From: Podarcis bocagei
Taxonomy: Eukaryota
Length of the DNA: 64,000 bases
Direction: 5' to 3' (one strand)
Assembly (NCBI GenBank): GCA_964188305.1
Contig: OZ076894.1
This document shows, one piece after another, positions 25,146-38,426 of the stretch. Within the stretch, counting starts at the first letter, position 1. Every line of letters starts with the position of its first letter. Position numbers and translations under genes: made by a program. The notes under the pieces were generated by a model that made no database searches, was not told the origin of the DNA, and was given only the letters and a program-made list of their open reading frames with translations.

Positions 25146-25423
25146 TGCTCACTGGAAGGACAGATCGTGAAGCTGAGGCTCCAATACTTTGGCCACCTCA
25201 TGAGAAGAGAAGACTCCCTGGAAAAGAGCCTGATGTTGGGAAAGATGGAGGGCACAAGGAGAAGGGGACGACAGAGGACGAGATGGTTGGACAGTGTTCT
25301 CGAATCTACCAGCATGAGTTTGACCAAACTGCAGAAGGCAGTGGAAGACAGAAGTGCCTGGCGTGCTCTGGTCCATGGAGTCATGAAGAGTCGGACACGA
25401 CTAAATGACTAAACAACAACAAC
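25146..25423 (+). mobile_element. BovB (RTE clade) LINE, 5'-truncated 3' end
   Basis: Frame 25137-25412 reads SLEGQIVKLRLQYFGHLMRREDSLEKSLMLGKMEGTRRRGRQRTRWLD, the BovB ORF C-terminus. (CAA)n tail and perfect 11-bp TSD AATTGACTCAA (25135-25145, 25424-25434). Confidence 0.96.
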
Positions 25424-25511
25424 AATTGACTCAAACTTTGTCTTTCCAACAAAAACTTCCAAATGTGCCAGTTTGGGATTTTAGTGACCATTAGATCGTG
25501 CAGAAAACAGA

Positions 25512-25707
25512 GAGTTGGTGATTAGAGTTTGGACTAGGACTTAGGAGAGCATGATTCAAAACCCCACTCAGCCATTGGGTAACCTTGAGCCAGTCTCTGT
25601 CTCTTAGCATAATCTACTTCACACAGTTGTTGTGAGGATAAAATGGAAAAGGGGAGAACCATGTACACCATTTTAAGCTCCTTGAAGGAGAGGGTGAATA
25701 TAAAATG
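25512..25707 (+). mobile_element. tRNA-derived CORE-type squamate SINE (Squam3-like)
   Basis: A/B-box-like head (GATTAGAG...GATTCAAAACC), body CACACAGTTGTTGTGAGGATAAAATGG, and tail AGCTCCTTGAAGGA...ATATAAAATG. Confidence 0.75.
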
Positions 25708-25739
25708 ATAATGGTAATAACACACACATATACACTAAT

Positions 25740-26095
25740 GGGACACAGGTGGTGCTGTGGGTTAAACCACAGAGCCTAGGACTTGCTGATCAGAAGGTCG
25801 GCGGTTCGAATCCCTGTGACGGGGTGAGCTCCCGTTGATTGGTCCCTGCTCCTGCCAACCTAGCAGTTCCAAAACACGTCAAAGTGCAAGTAGATAAATA
25901 GGTACCGCTCCAGCGGGAAGGTAAACAGCGTTTCTGTGTGCTGCTCTGGTTCACCAGAAGCAGCTTAGTCATGCTGGCCACATGACCCGGAAGCTGTACG
26001 CCGGCTCCCTCGGCCAATAAAGCGAGATGAGCGCCGCAACCCCAGAGTCGGCCATGACTGGACCTAATGGTCAGGGGTCCCTTTACCTTTACCTT
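25740..26095 (+). mobile_element. Sauria SINE
   Basis: Full length with an (ACCTTT)n tail. 11-bp TSD TATACACT(A/C)AT (25729-25739, 26096-26106). Confidence 0.96.
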
Positions 26096-27183
26096 TATAC
26101 ACTCATAGGAAAAGGGAAAGCAGTTGGAAGGGAAGAGAAGGAGAATAAGATTGCATCTGGCCTGCTAGTTCCAAATGCGCCTTTTGGTCTGAACTATGGG
26201 GAATGAGAGACACAAGATGTCCCTATGGTACTATGGCCATCCTCCAATGTTTTACTTTATTGTACGTTTTGAAAATAATTTTTATAGTTTTTCATATCCC
26301 CATGTGTAACTTTCAGGTAGGTATCTGCAAAGGCGTCCACTATGCTTCTTAACTGGCATACTATTAAAATATTTCAAAGAATTACAGAGAAGCATGAAGA
26401 ATTGAGAAAGGGTATAGCCTGCTTAAAGGGGAATGTGGTGGAGCAAAGGAACTTTACCTGAATCAAAATGTATGTTAAAATAGCAGCATAAAGTGAACAA
26501 GGGCATTATTATTATTTTTTAAAATGTGGTATCTAACTCCTGCCCTGGTGTAGCCTTTTTACACTACATCCATTACATTTTGACCTACAGCCAGTTCAAT
26601 GCTGGATTATAAGATGAGACAGAGAAGGAAGAGAACTCAATACCCTTTGGTTAGGGTATAATCTCTTAGTGAAACAAATCAAATAACTATGAAAGGAAGT
26701 TCAGAACTTCTGTTATTTGGTTATTCTGAATATCCAGTGGGGCAAGGCAGAAGGATATTTTCACTGAACCATCCCTTGCAGCTGCCTCATGTTCAAGACA
26801 GGTATTGTGAGGTATGCCTCCACTGTGATTTACTGGAAAAAAAGAAAATTTTCCAAATCACCTACCTCTTAGCAAGGACATGGCTTATTCTGGATCAACT
26901 GAGATATGAAGTTGCAACTGAATTTAGATCTCTTTCTATTGCTACCACAATACGATTTAGTGGGATACAGGCTTCTCATGCCTATCTAATCAATGGAACT
27001 TTTGCTAGCTTTTTTTATTTTTTACATCAAATCTTTGTTAAAATATTCACTTAGAATCAGCTGCTGCATAAGTCAGCATGTATTTTTTTTTAATTCATCC
27101 TTGTTAAAGTCTTCTAAAAACAAAATTAAATAATCACCACCACCACATACAGCCAATAAACTTAAATGGAAACATATATTATG

Positions 27184-27219
27184 TATAAACTATTACTAAA
27201 TATAAACTATTACTAAATA
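27184..27219. repeat. Perfect 17-bp tandem duplication
   Basis: TATAAACTATTACTAAA occurs twice in tandem. Confidence 0.9.
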
Positions 27220-27780
27220 GACACGGATGCTTGAATTTTTACTCCATTATGCCAGTCTATCAAAAAATGGCCAAGGTCTCCCTGTACATGGTGCCCACAC
27301 TGATGTTTCCACAGAGAAGACCTACAGATGCATGCCATCATTTTAGTTATACTGCTGTGTCTAGGCAGTCACACTCATTGTCACAGATTGTCTTGGATTT
27401 TTCCTCCCCAAGGAAACTACTCCTATGAAGTGTGAAGCCCTTACCTGGCATTCTGTATGAAGACTCAACATTTATTTCTACAACCAGAAAAAAGCAAAAT
27501 TGAAGAATATTATAATTCCATTTTTATTTAACCCTGGGGTATGCAATGTCACAGCAAAAATTCTTATTAACATAACTTCAAGTTTGTGTACATCGTAGTG
27601 CTTGGTTAAAGTATTCAGCCCAAACTTCTGTGCATTTCAGGGTTCAGGTGGGCAAAACAATCTCTTAATATTTTTGTGATATTTGGGTAAATTTTCTCAG
27701 ATTTTTCTCTGTGTGTGTTTCTGTGTGCATGGCTTAACACAATAGATATGGCGTGGCAAATGGCTGCTGTCTTTCTTTTA

Positions 27781-28027
27781 CAGTGGTACCTCGGGTTACA
27801 GACGCTTCAGGTTACAGACTCTTCAGGTTACAGACTCCGCTAACCCAGAAATCGTGCTTCAGGTTAATAACTTTGCTTCAGGATGAGAACAGAAATCGTG
27901 CAGCAGCGGAGCGGCGGCAGCGGGAGGCCCTATTAGCTAAAGTGGTACCTCAGGTTAAGAACAGTTTCAGGTTAAGAACGGGCCTCCAGAACGAATTAAG
28001 TTCTTAACCCGAGGTACCCTACCACTG
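27781..28027 (+). mobile_element. Tc1/mariner-superfamily MITE, copy 2
   Basis: Same TIR as 2626-2848 and TA flanks (27779-27780, 28028-28029). The 3' TIR carries a 5-bp duplication (GAGGTACCCTACCACTG). Confidence 0.92.
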
Positions 28028-31000
28028 TACTGGGAAAAACTTTTGTCACCGCTTTAAGTGGCAGCAGAGCTGCAATTAACAACAAAGGTCATACAGTGTT
28101 CAACAATTGCAACACAGAGCTCATCAGTGAGAACAGCCCAGAAGAAATGAAACAAAGTTGTCCCATTCGTATTGGGACATTCTCACTGAGGAACAATATC
28201 AGTCTCTGTTGCTTCTTATTGTTGTTTTGCCACCTAAAGGAGTGATAAAGCTTTTAAAACCACTTTTGCAAACACCCTGCCACCTCATATTTATCACATT
28301 AACTGCCCCACCAATAAAATAAAAGAAATTTCTCCAAATCCCCACCACAAGAATTTGAAAATAAAAAGGTGTGTGTGACTAATGGCTGGGTTGGGGAGGA
28401 TTTTTCACCTAGCTGTATATGTTGTGCTGGTTGGGTAGTTTCTGAAGGAGGTGGGAGAGGGGGCATGTGCCCTGAGTGGCGGGTTGGTTGGAGGGCGGGA
28501 GCAAACAACTGCCCTGATGATGACATGCTCAGTGACTCTCCAGTTTCATAATCCCCAGCTGCTTTCATTTGTCAGTGATCCCACGGATACAGCAAGTGTG
28601 TCTTTCTACAGCCACTCACCTCTTCTAATAAGTAGAACCTGGCTGGCATCCTCAAGTATTTGCTGTGGTGGCACAACATTCTCCTCTCACCCCCATGCTG
28701 CATTGTCGTTCCAGTTGGCTTTTGGTTATTAGAAGATGTGAGTGAGTGGGTTTGTACCCAGCCACACTGTCATTGTCAGGGCCTGACTGGGTGATACATC
28801 CTTTACGTTCCAGCACTGAGGATGGACCCACTTGTCAGAGGACGTTAACGGCTTCTGCAAATGGGGAGGAGGGGCAGCAACAACCTTTGACTCAGCATAA
28901 TTCCAAGGATGCCCCCCATCCATTAGGAACTGTAGTTGACACTGATTAAGGGTGGCCAAGCAAGGCAGCAAGCAGCATGTGTGCTGGTATTACATTAGTG
29001 GGGAATTTGCAAATCGGAGATTTATGCAAGGCGATACATGGCTCAGGACTGGCTGCTGAGCACATATGAACAAATTGTTCAGTCAAAATGAGTATGAGTT
29101 TTTTTCTTTTTACCTAGCCAAACTCTGAGCTAGTAGTTTCTCCAATTCCTGTAAGAGCTTCCAGTCAGAGTTGCTTCATCTCTTCCAACCTCTAGCATCC
29201 TTTGGAAATTGATACCATCCTGAGTGTTAGGGATGGGACAACTAAAATATCTACACATATTTGTATGAAAGCCTTCGTCTAGTACTACCTGAACTCATCA
29301 AGTGTTTCGTGAATAATCACAATTCTAGTCCTACATATTAGGTTCATGGAGACATACAGAGGTGAACATTATTCTGCTTGTAAAAGAGAAAGAGGAAAGT
29401 AATTCACTTCAAACAATAGGTGATATGCTATTTATACTTATGCATCACACCATAATATGAATTATCCACACTTGATCATAATTTAATTTAGGATGTGGAC
29501 CAAAGGGAAAAAAATAAAAGTGGCATAAAATATTTGGAATACATTATTCAGATAAAAACTTTCAGTCGTTGACAAGAAATGCCTGCTATTTAATAAGACA
29601 TATGAAATACTTTAGTATGGTCTTTTTCATTATGTTTTATTTAAAATGTTAATGGAGCTTTTCTACAATTCAGATAATTTATTTTTGAATCACTTTCCCC
29701 TGGAATGATTCATCGTGTGTATGTACAGTAATATACAGTCAAGTCCCCTTAAAGAACATGCATCAATCCAGTTCCCTTTTGAAGCCTACAGTAAATGCCC
29801 TCTAACAGAGCACAGCAACATTACATAAATCATCTTATATGAAAAATTAACATGACATCAAATATTTATAAATATTAATGTGTATGTTAATATAACCAAA
29901 GCTGTAACAAACAATCATAACCTTGCCAAGTTTCCTAGGACAGGCGCCGTTGATAATGATATCCATTATCTCTGGAGGACTGTACAATTATGGAAGAATA
30001 TGTTGGATGCTATATTTCTTATCTGTTCTCAAATTCCTCCACTAAACACTCTACTTTATGTTTTATATTAACCCATTATTCACTGTTGTAATTATTCTTC
30101 CAGGGAAACAATTGGCTCTGTATGAGATATAATTATGGTTGTGAGTGGACAGGAGACCTCAAATAGCCCTAGATACAGTGATAGTAAATAAAATCCCATT
30201 CTTTTTCCTACAGCATTTTTCTCTAGGTTATCAGATGCCCAGAGAACTTGTACCTCTGTTACTCACTGCCAAACTCTTAAGAGAAAATTTAAATGAACTG
30301 CAGTGCTTTGTTTTTAAAAGCAAGCTGTAAGTGCCAATACTTATTAGAAGCCGTGGAGTGGAATCCTATGCATGTTTTTTTCAGTAGTAAATCCCACTGA
30401 TTTTGATGGGATTTACACCCAGATAATGCATAGAGCACTGAAGCCTCATCTCTTTTTTTAAATAATAATGCTTCACATCACATGCAATTCTACTGTTCAA
30501 AATGTGATCCTTTATAATTTATCTATCATCGTGTATACTCAAATTGTTTATAGAATAGTTCAAATCCCTTATCCTTGCTCCCTCATCACTCTTTCCCCCT
30601 GGTAAAAAGGAGAGGGCACTGGAGAAGTGTTTCCTTATAGCATACATTGGCTGATCCTCGCTTTCCCCTGCACACCCCATAGAGATTCAAGAAGAGGCAC
30701 CATCTTGCACCTAAGATTGAGTGGGCCTAGTGCACATTGCGCGTGTGTGATGTCAGGTTCCTGAGAGCAGAGTCCGTTGCAGGGTGGCTTCCTCTCTCGC
30801 ACTCAGGAGCAGCCAGCCACTGAACCACATTGTGCCCGGCTCCCCGCTTGGCCTCCTCTGCCCCCTCAACACTGAGGGGGCCCAGCCCCCTGCCAGCCAA
30901 TACTGAGGGGTCCGAAAACACCTCTGCCTCTAGGAGTTGGCATGCCTGGGTTGAAGCTTGGTTTGAGGTCATAATTTCCTCCCACTTTCTTCTCTTGATA

Positions 31001-31547
31001 TTGCTTACTGCAACTTCCGATGGAAATTGCTACCACTGTTGCTTCTATTGGGAACTCTGAGCCGCATTCTGTTATTGTATGTGCTTCTGTTCCCTTCTTC
31101 TTACTGTAATGAACTGAAATGCTCAGAAGCTGGATGGAAGGAGCCCTGATTTTACTGGTATTTCCAGGCTGTGGCAGCAACAGCCTTTCTTAGGGGAGAT
31201 ATCTATGGCTAACTGGTTGCCATGCACCTTTATCCCACCCTTTCATTTATAGACTCTACCTTGCGGTTTTTTATGTTTCTCTAAAACACAGAATCAGGAT
31301 CCAGGAGCCAGACGGCCATTCAAGAAGAAACAAGCTTCCATTCAGTTTGGACTGGGAACCATTAATAAATAAATAAAAACTTTTATGTTTCATATTCACA
31401 TTCTTTAGATTGTGGGCATGTATGTGTAATCACTGTCATAAACTGCAGTTTCGTCTCTCTTTGCCTTTCAATCTTAAAAAAAATGTTTTGAAGAAGTTTT
31501 ATTTTGGACATCATGGACATAATTATACATATCAACACAATACAGAA

Positions 31548-31660
31548 AAAGCTGCCTTATACCTGAGTATGCCTATCTAGCCCATTACCTGCTCTGATTA
31601 GCAGCCGCTCTCCATGGTCTCAAGCAGGGGTCTTTCACATCACCTGCTACCTGATCCTTC
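31548..31660 (-). mobile_element. Decayed squamate tRNA-SINE 3' part (Squam2-like)
   Basis: AAGCTGCCTTATAC-TGAGT...GCAGCCGCTCTCCA...GCAGGGGTCTTTC. A related fragment lies at ~55956-56006. Confidence 0.55.
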
Positions 31661-34600
31661 TAAACATGACACAGGTGCACAAAAGCAGAAAGGGTTGCAG
31701 AGGCTGCCTAAGCATCAAGTAGAAGCCTGACTCCACTCAGGGTTGTAGTGAAGAGTTTTGGCTTGAATTATTCTAAGCAGTTTAGAATAATATAAATTAC
31801 AAAATTGGTATGTACTTGAAATACATACACAATAAAATAATTATCATCCAAGCCTGACTCTTCTCAAGGTTCTTATTTACAATAAAACAAGCCTGTCAAA
31901 AAGCACTATGATTAAAACAGTTAAAAGAACAATTAATTAGAACAGGAAGTTCAAATTTAGGGAAATGCTTGAAAACAGGTGTGTCATCAAGAATCAGCAA
32001 AACACCAATACTCTCGAATTTTAGCAGGGAGGGCAGTCCATAATACTGGTGCCACCAGTGAAAAAGTTTGTTTCTATTTGCTGATCTTAATGCCCTTACT
32101 CAATAGTTGAGGCAAATATTTTTTCAGGTAACCAAGTCCAGTTATGCGGATGCAGCACCAATGCAGTTGGCATTATGATGACATGCGAGAGAATGAGAGG
32201 CAGTTACGCCAACAAAAGCCTTATAGGAATGAGGTGTAAATTGCTTATGCTGCAGAATTCAGTTAAAAGAGTGTACACCTACACCCACCCACCCACAGGA
32301 ATGGTTTGACAGAAGGTGAAATGAAAAGGAATATTTTTAAAACACAGTGAAACAATCATGAAGGTCCCTCTCACCACAAATTTGGCAACAATTTATTATT
32401 AGGTTTCATTTTCTTTAGATTTTCCTCCTAGATTGAAGTGAGACTTTGTATCAATGGGGGGGGGGAATGCACTAATGTAAAACTGATGGGAATCACTGTG
32501 TCGCAGAATTTCTATGACGGCAGAGAAACATTTCTGCACCTTCACAAGAAATAGTAGGCTGCTTTTTGCTGCATCCTTATAGCACTTAATGCAGCAGCAG
32601 CTGTAAGAGAGAGAAGACAGGACATGGAGTCCTTGTGCACATAGGCTATGCCCATGTTTCATTTCCAATGTACAATACAAGGGTCCTTTAACCATCTTCT
32701 GTATAGTTTCCCTCCCCCCTTTTTATTAATTTTCAACAGTTATCCAGGTTAGCTTTTTTACAGCAAAATAAAAAAGGCTATATTTTTCATATGACAGATA
32801 TAGCATTTGTTTTTACCCTTCTGATTCTTACTGTAAACAGATTATATGCATGTGGTCAATGCAACTTTTTTGGTAAATATACTTGAAATGATATGTACTG
32901 TTCACAGTCAAACAAGGAAACCACATCATCCCATACTCATGATATATCTTTGCTAAATAATGTAATCCATGGCAATAAATAATGGACACATTTTATTGCA
33001 ATAAAACCATGCAAAAATCACACACACTTACCCATATCCTGTTTACTTTAATCTAGCATTTAAAATGACATAGTAAAAGAGCACAGATGAACATAATTTC
33101 TGTAGTAGAAGCTATGCTATTTTAGCTGGTTGTTTTTTGGTTAAGTAGGTAGAAACTATTATTTACATCGTAGAAGAAGAAGAAAAAGATTTATTAAGTT
33201 TCTCCTTATTAATGCATACAACCCAGTCAAAGCCAATACTTTGAAGTTCCAGAATCACAATTTGAGAAATGCAAGCATACATTGATGACACTTCAAAGTA
33301 TTTAATTTAGGCTGGATCTTGGCCAGTGTTATCCTTCATAGCCCTTAAAGGTTTATGGAAATAAGTAAATTAATCCGAGTTTAAAATGTCCAGATATGTT
33401 CTGTTTGGAAAACGTGCCCTAATTGCACAGAAAAAAACAGAATATTTCTATATCAGAAACAATTACATCAAGAAACAAACATCAAAAAGAAAAAGCCAAG
33501 TGTAGTTAGTCAACCAATGATATTTTATCAGATCTCCCCAATACTTTACCAGAGTTTGCTGCTCATACCAAAATAAAAAGGGGAAACATTAGTATAATAG
33601 TTTGTGGTTCCCTTTAAAACGTTAAATTTGTAATGTACAATAAATCATTGAGATCTTAGTGGGGTGGGGGGCTTGCTGGGGGTTAGACATGATAAAAAGG
33701 GCAGAGCATTTTACTTAAAATAGTAAAAGCACAACATGTTATGGTTAGTGAAGAATTAGGTTTAGAAATTATTAAACATCCTTGATAGCAGAAGTTATGC
33801 ATGTTTATCAGGGTGGTAGTTTATCTTCCTGCACAGCTCTGAGGCATCCCATCAAATATTCCAAGCAATTTTCTGGGCACTAAGTAAGGGGCCATATTCC
33901 CCCATGGAAAGATGTTACTGCTATACAGCAAGATGTGCTATCACAACCAAAACACTCAAAGAACTGAAGGCAAGAAGAAGGTGGCAGTGAGGGGAAAAAT
34001 GCAATAAATGTTCTGGATTAACAGAAACCATTCTGCTATCAACGCAGACACTCTGTCCTTTTTCCATTAATACAAATTATTAGCTAGTCAATTACCATTA
34101 AATGCTCAGACATAAGTATTGTCCTAATTGTACTATAATAGCTAATGAGTCCTTAACAGCAAGGAATAAGCTTCAAGAGACAGAGTTTCCCCAAAGTTAT
34201 ATAAAGGGGCCTCTCTCCCTTGGTGTTACTGACAGAAGGCAGAAGGGACTGCTGCAGGCACAGAGAGCAACAGTCACTTTCTCGAAGGCAAAGGCTTTCT
34301 TCAAGAGGAGATAGGAGGCTCTGCATAAACAGTGGGAGATCTCTGTTCAAAGTAAGAGAGTCAAGAGCTCTGTTCTCACTGATTAACATGTATAATAACA
34401 ATTCTCTGCTCTTTCATTCATAATTATATTTTAACTTTTTAACTGGGGATTCTTATTAGCAGAAGTACTGTATTAGGCAAAAAGATGCAGAGTCAAGCGG
34501 TGGGATTATCTTTAATTTATCTCTGGAAATGAGGCTCCTGTGCAAGATGAGGACAAAACTGATTATGATTGTATTTATTCCTTCTTTGTTGCCCCTTTTA

Positions 34601-34980
34601 TAGCACTAGTTTAAGCAATCAGGCTGAGCTCATACAGAAATGCTTCCATTAATTCTCTCTCTAGGTTGCACAAATATTTTCAGTTCATATGCATCGAATG
34701 ATGCTTTGTGAAGTGATTCTGCTCAGGAAATAAAGGGACAGGGCTTTCCGCACATATGCCAGACATATGAATAATGGTGTATAAACTGAAGCTATAGCTT
34801 TGATATGTCCATACAGCTTGGTGACTGTATTTCATGCTGAACATTATTAAGATGGGCACGCTGTCAAGTACAGGAAATAAAGATGTTAAACAGCTTACTG
34901 TGGAAGCCGATACATGTCTACTCAGAAGTAAGCTTCATTGAGTTCAATGGGACTTATTCCCAAGTGAATGTGTATAATAC

Positions 34981-35047
34981 ATAATAAAAAATAATAAAAT
35001 TTTATTTATATCCTGCCCTCCCCAGCTGAAGCCGGGCTCAGGGCGGT
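34981..35047 (-). mobile_element. L2-type 3' tail fragment
   Basis: TTTATTTATATCCTGCCCTCCCCAGC..GCCGGGCTCAGGGCGG preceded by an AAT-rich tail. Confidence 0.6.
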
Positions 35048-35966
35048 ATAGCACTGCCACTAAGTTCTACAATATTTAATGTTGTGTGCATAGAATGTTG
35101 TTGAAATTGTTTGGATTATCAGGACTATCATAATGTATACGTACAACATTTTGCACTATGACCAAAATTTTTGAGATATATTATATATGTCAGAGAGTTG
35201 ATAATGCAGCAAGTAAACTAGGATCAGCAGCTTTTTAAAAATGACTTGACAAATACACAGAGGATTGGTTTTGCATGCAGAACAGTCCTATGCATGATTA
35301 TTCAGAAACAAGCCTGACCGTGTTCAATGCAACCTTGCTAGCCATATCTGCAACAGGGGTTTAATAACACCATCGTGTATTAAGTGGAGTTGCACCTAGA
35401 ACGTTTGGCTCAAACAGACGTTAGACAGAATGACTGACTAAAGTGACCTTTGGTCTGATCCAGCAAACATTCTGGTGGCAGTAAAGGGACGTACAGTGAT
35501 CACCATTTCCTAGTTTCTCTGTGTACTCTGGATCTTAATTTTAGTACCCAGAGATTGGATCAAGTGTTATAGATGGACTAACTCCTGGCCAAAACAAAAT
35601 TATTGCAAACTATGTCTCAAACAAAATACTAGCTGAATTGTTATTGGTGTAATAACCTTTTTTTATTACTGTAATACAAATATAGGTAACATAAAACTGG
35701 GTTACAGAAATGGAGTATGATCCAACTACATTTTAAGCACCTTTAATTTCAACTATAGAGAATTCAGTTCATACTTAACTCTCCTAGTAAAAGTAAGGGG
35801 ACTTTAAAATGCTTTGCTTTGGCTGGACCATGCCTTCTACGCACCAGTAAAGGTATTTTAAGACATAGGACTCTACTGATTATTCTAATCAGTCTCAAAT
35901 AGAGACAACTGCTGATAAATCCAATACTCAACTTGGCATTATATGCACAGGTTTCTAACACTTCCC

Positions 35967-36026
35967 TGTTTGTTTGTTTGTTTGTTTGTTTGTTTGTTTG
36001 TTTGTCTGTTTGTTGCTTGCTTGCTT
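35967..36026. repeat. (TGTT)n/(GCTT)n compound microsatellite
   Basis: Seen directly. Confidence 0.95.
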
Positions 36027-38138
36027 TTAACCCCAGGAGGCTACTCTTCAGAAGCTTGGGAAAGGGATTGCACCCTTTCCCTGATGGTCTTTTTTGTGTG
36101 TACTAAAAATTGCTTTTCAGAACCCTGTGGGAGGAAGTGCAGTTCAAGGAAGGGCATATTCAATGAAAAAAAACAAAACCAAAAACAGACAGCAGGGAAA
36201 TAATTAAGCACCTCATCTCCCCTGCTATCCTCTGCCCCAAACCTCAGCCTTCTCAAACTGTTGCTGCTAGTGGTGGCTTTTCTGATTTTATTCTAAATCA
36301 GAGTGATGTTTACACACACCTGCTTGTAGCAATTGGTTTGATATTTAGCAAATACAGTAGTGGGAAAACATTACCTTTTTGCCACCCAACCATTCTTAAC
36401 CTGTCTGAAGAAACGAGTAGGACCTGAAAACAAAGAACTCTCTTTCCAGAGTCTGAATGCGTTTTGGGAAAATGTATCAATATATAATACTAAATACTAA
36501 TTTGAAGAGAGTTAACTTGAGAAGCCGCACAAAACTCACATGCCGCTATCCTGCATATATGTACACAGTACACACAACTGGGATGTGTAGAAGTAACCAT
36601 TATTCAGAAGACAACAAAGCAACTTGAGTTTGATCTAGTTATCAATGGACTCTGCTTGTAGTCGCTTTGTTCCTACATTTCACTTTATGACATTCATAGG
36701 TTTTATTCTCATATGCACTGCACTTTCCTCCCATTAATCATAACAACTGAAAGTTGCAATATAGGAACCTATGTTTGTATTTTTTTTCTAGATCTAGAAA
36801 ACTGGTGATGCTGGTTATTACCCTTTAGTATGGTTGGAACAAGGTTATTATCCCTGTGAATGTTGAAAACTGGCAACTCTGGTAGCTGTTTCCATTTTGT
36901 GATCACACACTTCCAGTTTTTACATGCACACCCAACAGTGTTGTTTTGTATATATATTTCAAAACACTCAAATAGAAAAGTGGACTTAGTTTTGTACCTG
37001 TCAAATAAAACAAACAAACTAGTCATAGTAGACCTATATGGCTCCAAGGGTTTAAAATATTTAATCTCAAGTTATATTTTATGAGTCCAAAGGTACAGCC
37101 CTGATCATGAGATTATTAATTCTGTAGAAAAAATTAATCTACAGGGATTATTTCCACCCTTAATAATTACAAATATTTTTTTTCACTGGTCGTCCAGGAA
37201 CCGGTTGAGTTCTGAGTCAATATTGCTTTTATAAATTGCACAGTACCAATTTTAAAGACAAAGCAATAAACTGAATCATTTCCCTAATGACTCTGCCAAA
37301 TTATTTCATATATATTTACACTTGGGAGCCTTTCAATGAGTCCTATTAGTAAACATCATATTCACAAAAAAGCTTGGCACAGCTGTACCATTTCTGATCC
37401 ATTTATAACACTTTCCATCAAAAGCAGAGCAATTTTAATCACAAACATTTCATATGAGAAAAAGAAGAATCATCAGTGGTTACATCTGAGATAACATCAG
37501 CACACAGGTCAACTTCAGCCATCATAGTGGTCACATGAAGGCGTAAGTGTAGCAAAGGTCAGGTTAATCAGTTTCTGAATAGAGAGTTACTTTCTTTTTT
37601 TTATTTATTAATGTGCATTCAACTCAGCTAATGGATTTAATATAAGGGTGGTGCAGGAAGGGAACAAGAGTCACTAAATCTCAGACTTCCATTTTTTCAT
37701 TAATATTAATATGGTCTTCAGCCGGAGCATATTGGTATTATACAAACTAAGAAGTTATTATGGGACAAAGTGCTTGCGTTCTTTTGGTATGTGGGTTTGT
37801 TTAAAAGGTCGAACATATGAAAGCAGAAATAATTTTCTTCAATATTCCTAGACTATGGGAAGCTGTGGAGATGCATGTGCCAATCAAGCAGTGTGCTTGT
37901 TAGGAATAAATGTATTTTAACAGGATGTGAAAACCTCACTCAGTGGTTCAACTGAGCAAGGAAGAATCTACAGGAAGGGGCATGCCAGCCCTGCAACATC
38001 TGATTTGCAAAAAAATAGGTGGTGCTACTCTTGTGTCACCTGGGACTTCTACATAAATAGAAATATAGCTGGCCTTGTTTTCTTGCAGATGAGGTGTATT
38101 TGATAGCCTTGGTCTCCATAAGAACATTTAAATATTTA

Positions 38139-38205
<67 letters not shown>
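38139..38205. repeat. (TGTC)n-(TC)n compound microsatellite
   Basis: Seen directly. Confidence 0.95.
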
Positions 38206-38206
<1 letters not shown>

Positions 38207-38251
38207 ATTTGTTCATGCAAAAATACTTTTACTTCTACTCATACTTTAAAT

Positions 38252-38426
38252 CAGTGCTTTTTTCTGGGGGTACACAGGGGTACGCATACCCCTAAACATT
38301 TTGTGATTCTTTGTACTTTTGTCCATTTGCTGTATTTATTTCCCCCGATTTGAACTATAAAGTCTTGTTTTTCTTGAGTCAAAATGAGAGTACCCCTAAA
38401 CATTTTTTAAAGAAAAAAAAGCACTG
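38252..38426. mobile_element. hAT-superfamily MITE (175 bp)
   Basis: TIR CAGTGCTTTTTT / AAAAAAGCACTG, perfect 8-bp TSD CTTTAAAT (38244-38251, 38427-38434), and an internal direct repeat TACCCCTAAACATTTT present twice. Confidence 0.93.

Noticed and set aside
28270-29010. Moderately GC-rich block with weak inverted matches (CCCCACCAAT / ATTAGTGGGG)
   Set aside because: Probably an old DNA-transposon remnant, but I could not define ends or a TSD, and its ORFs are unrecognisable.
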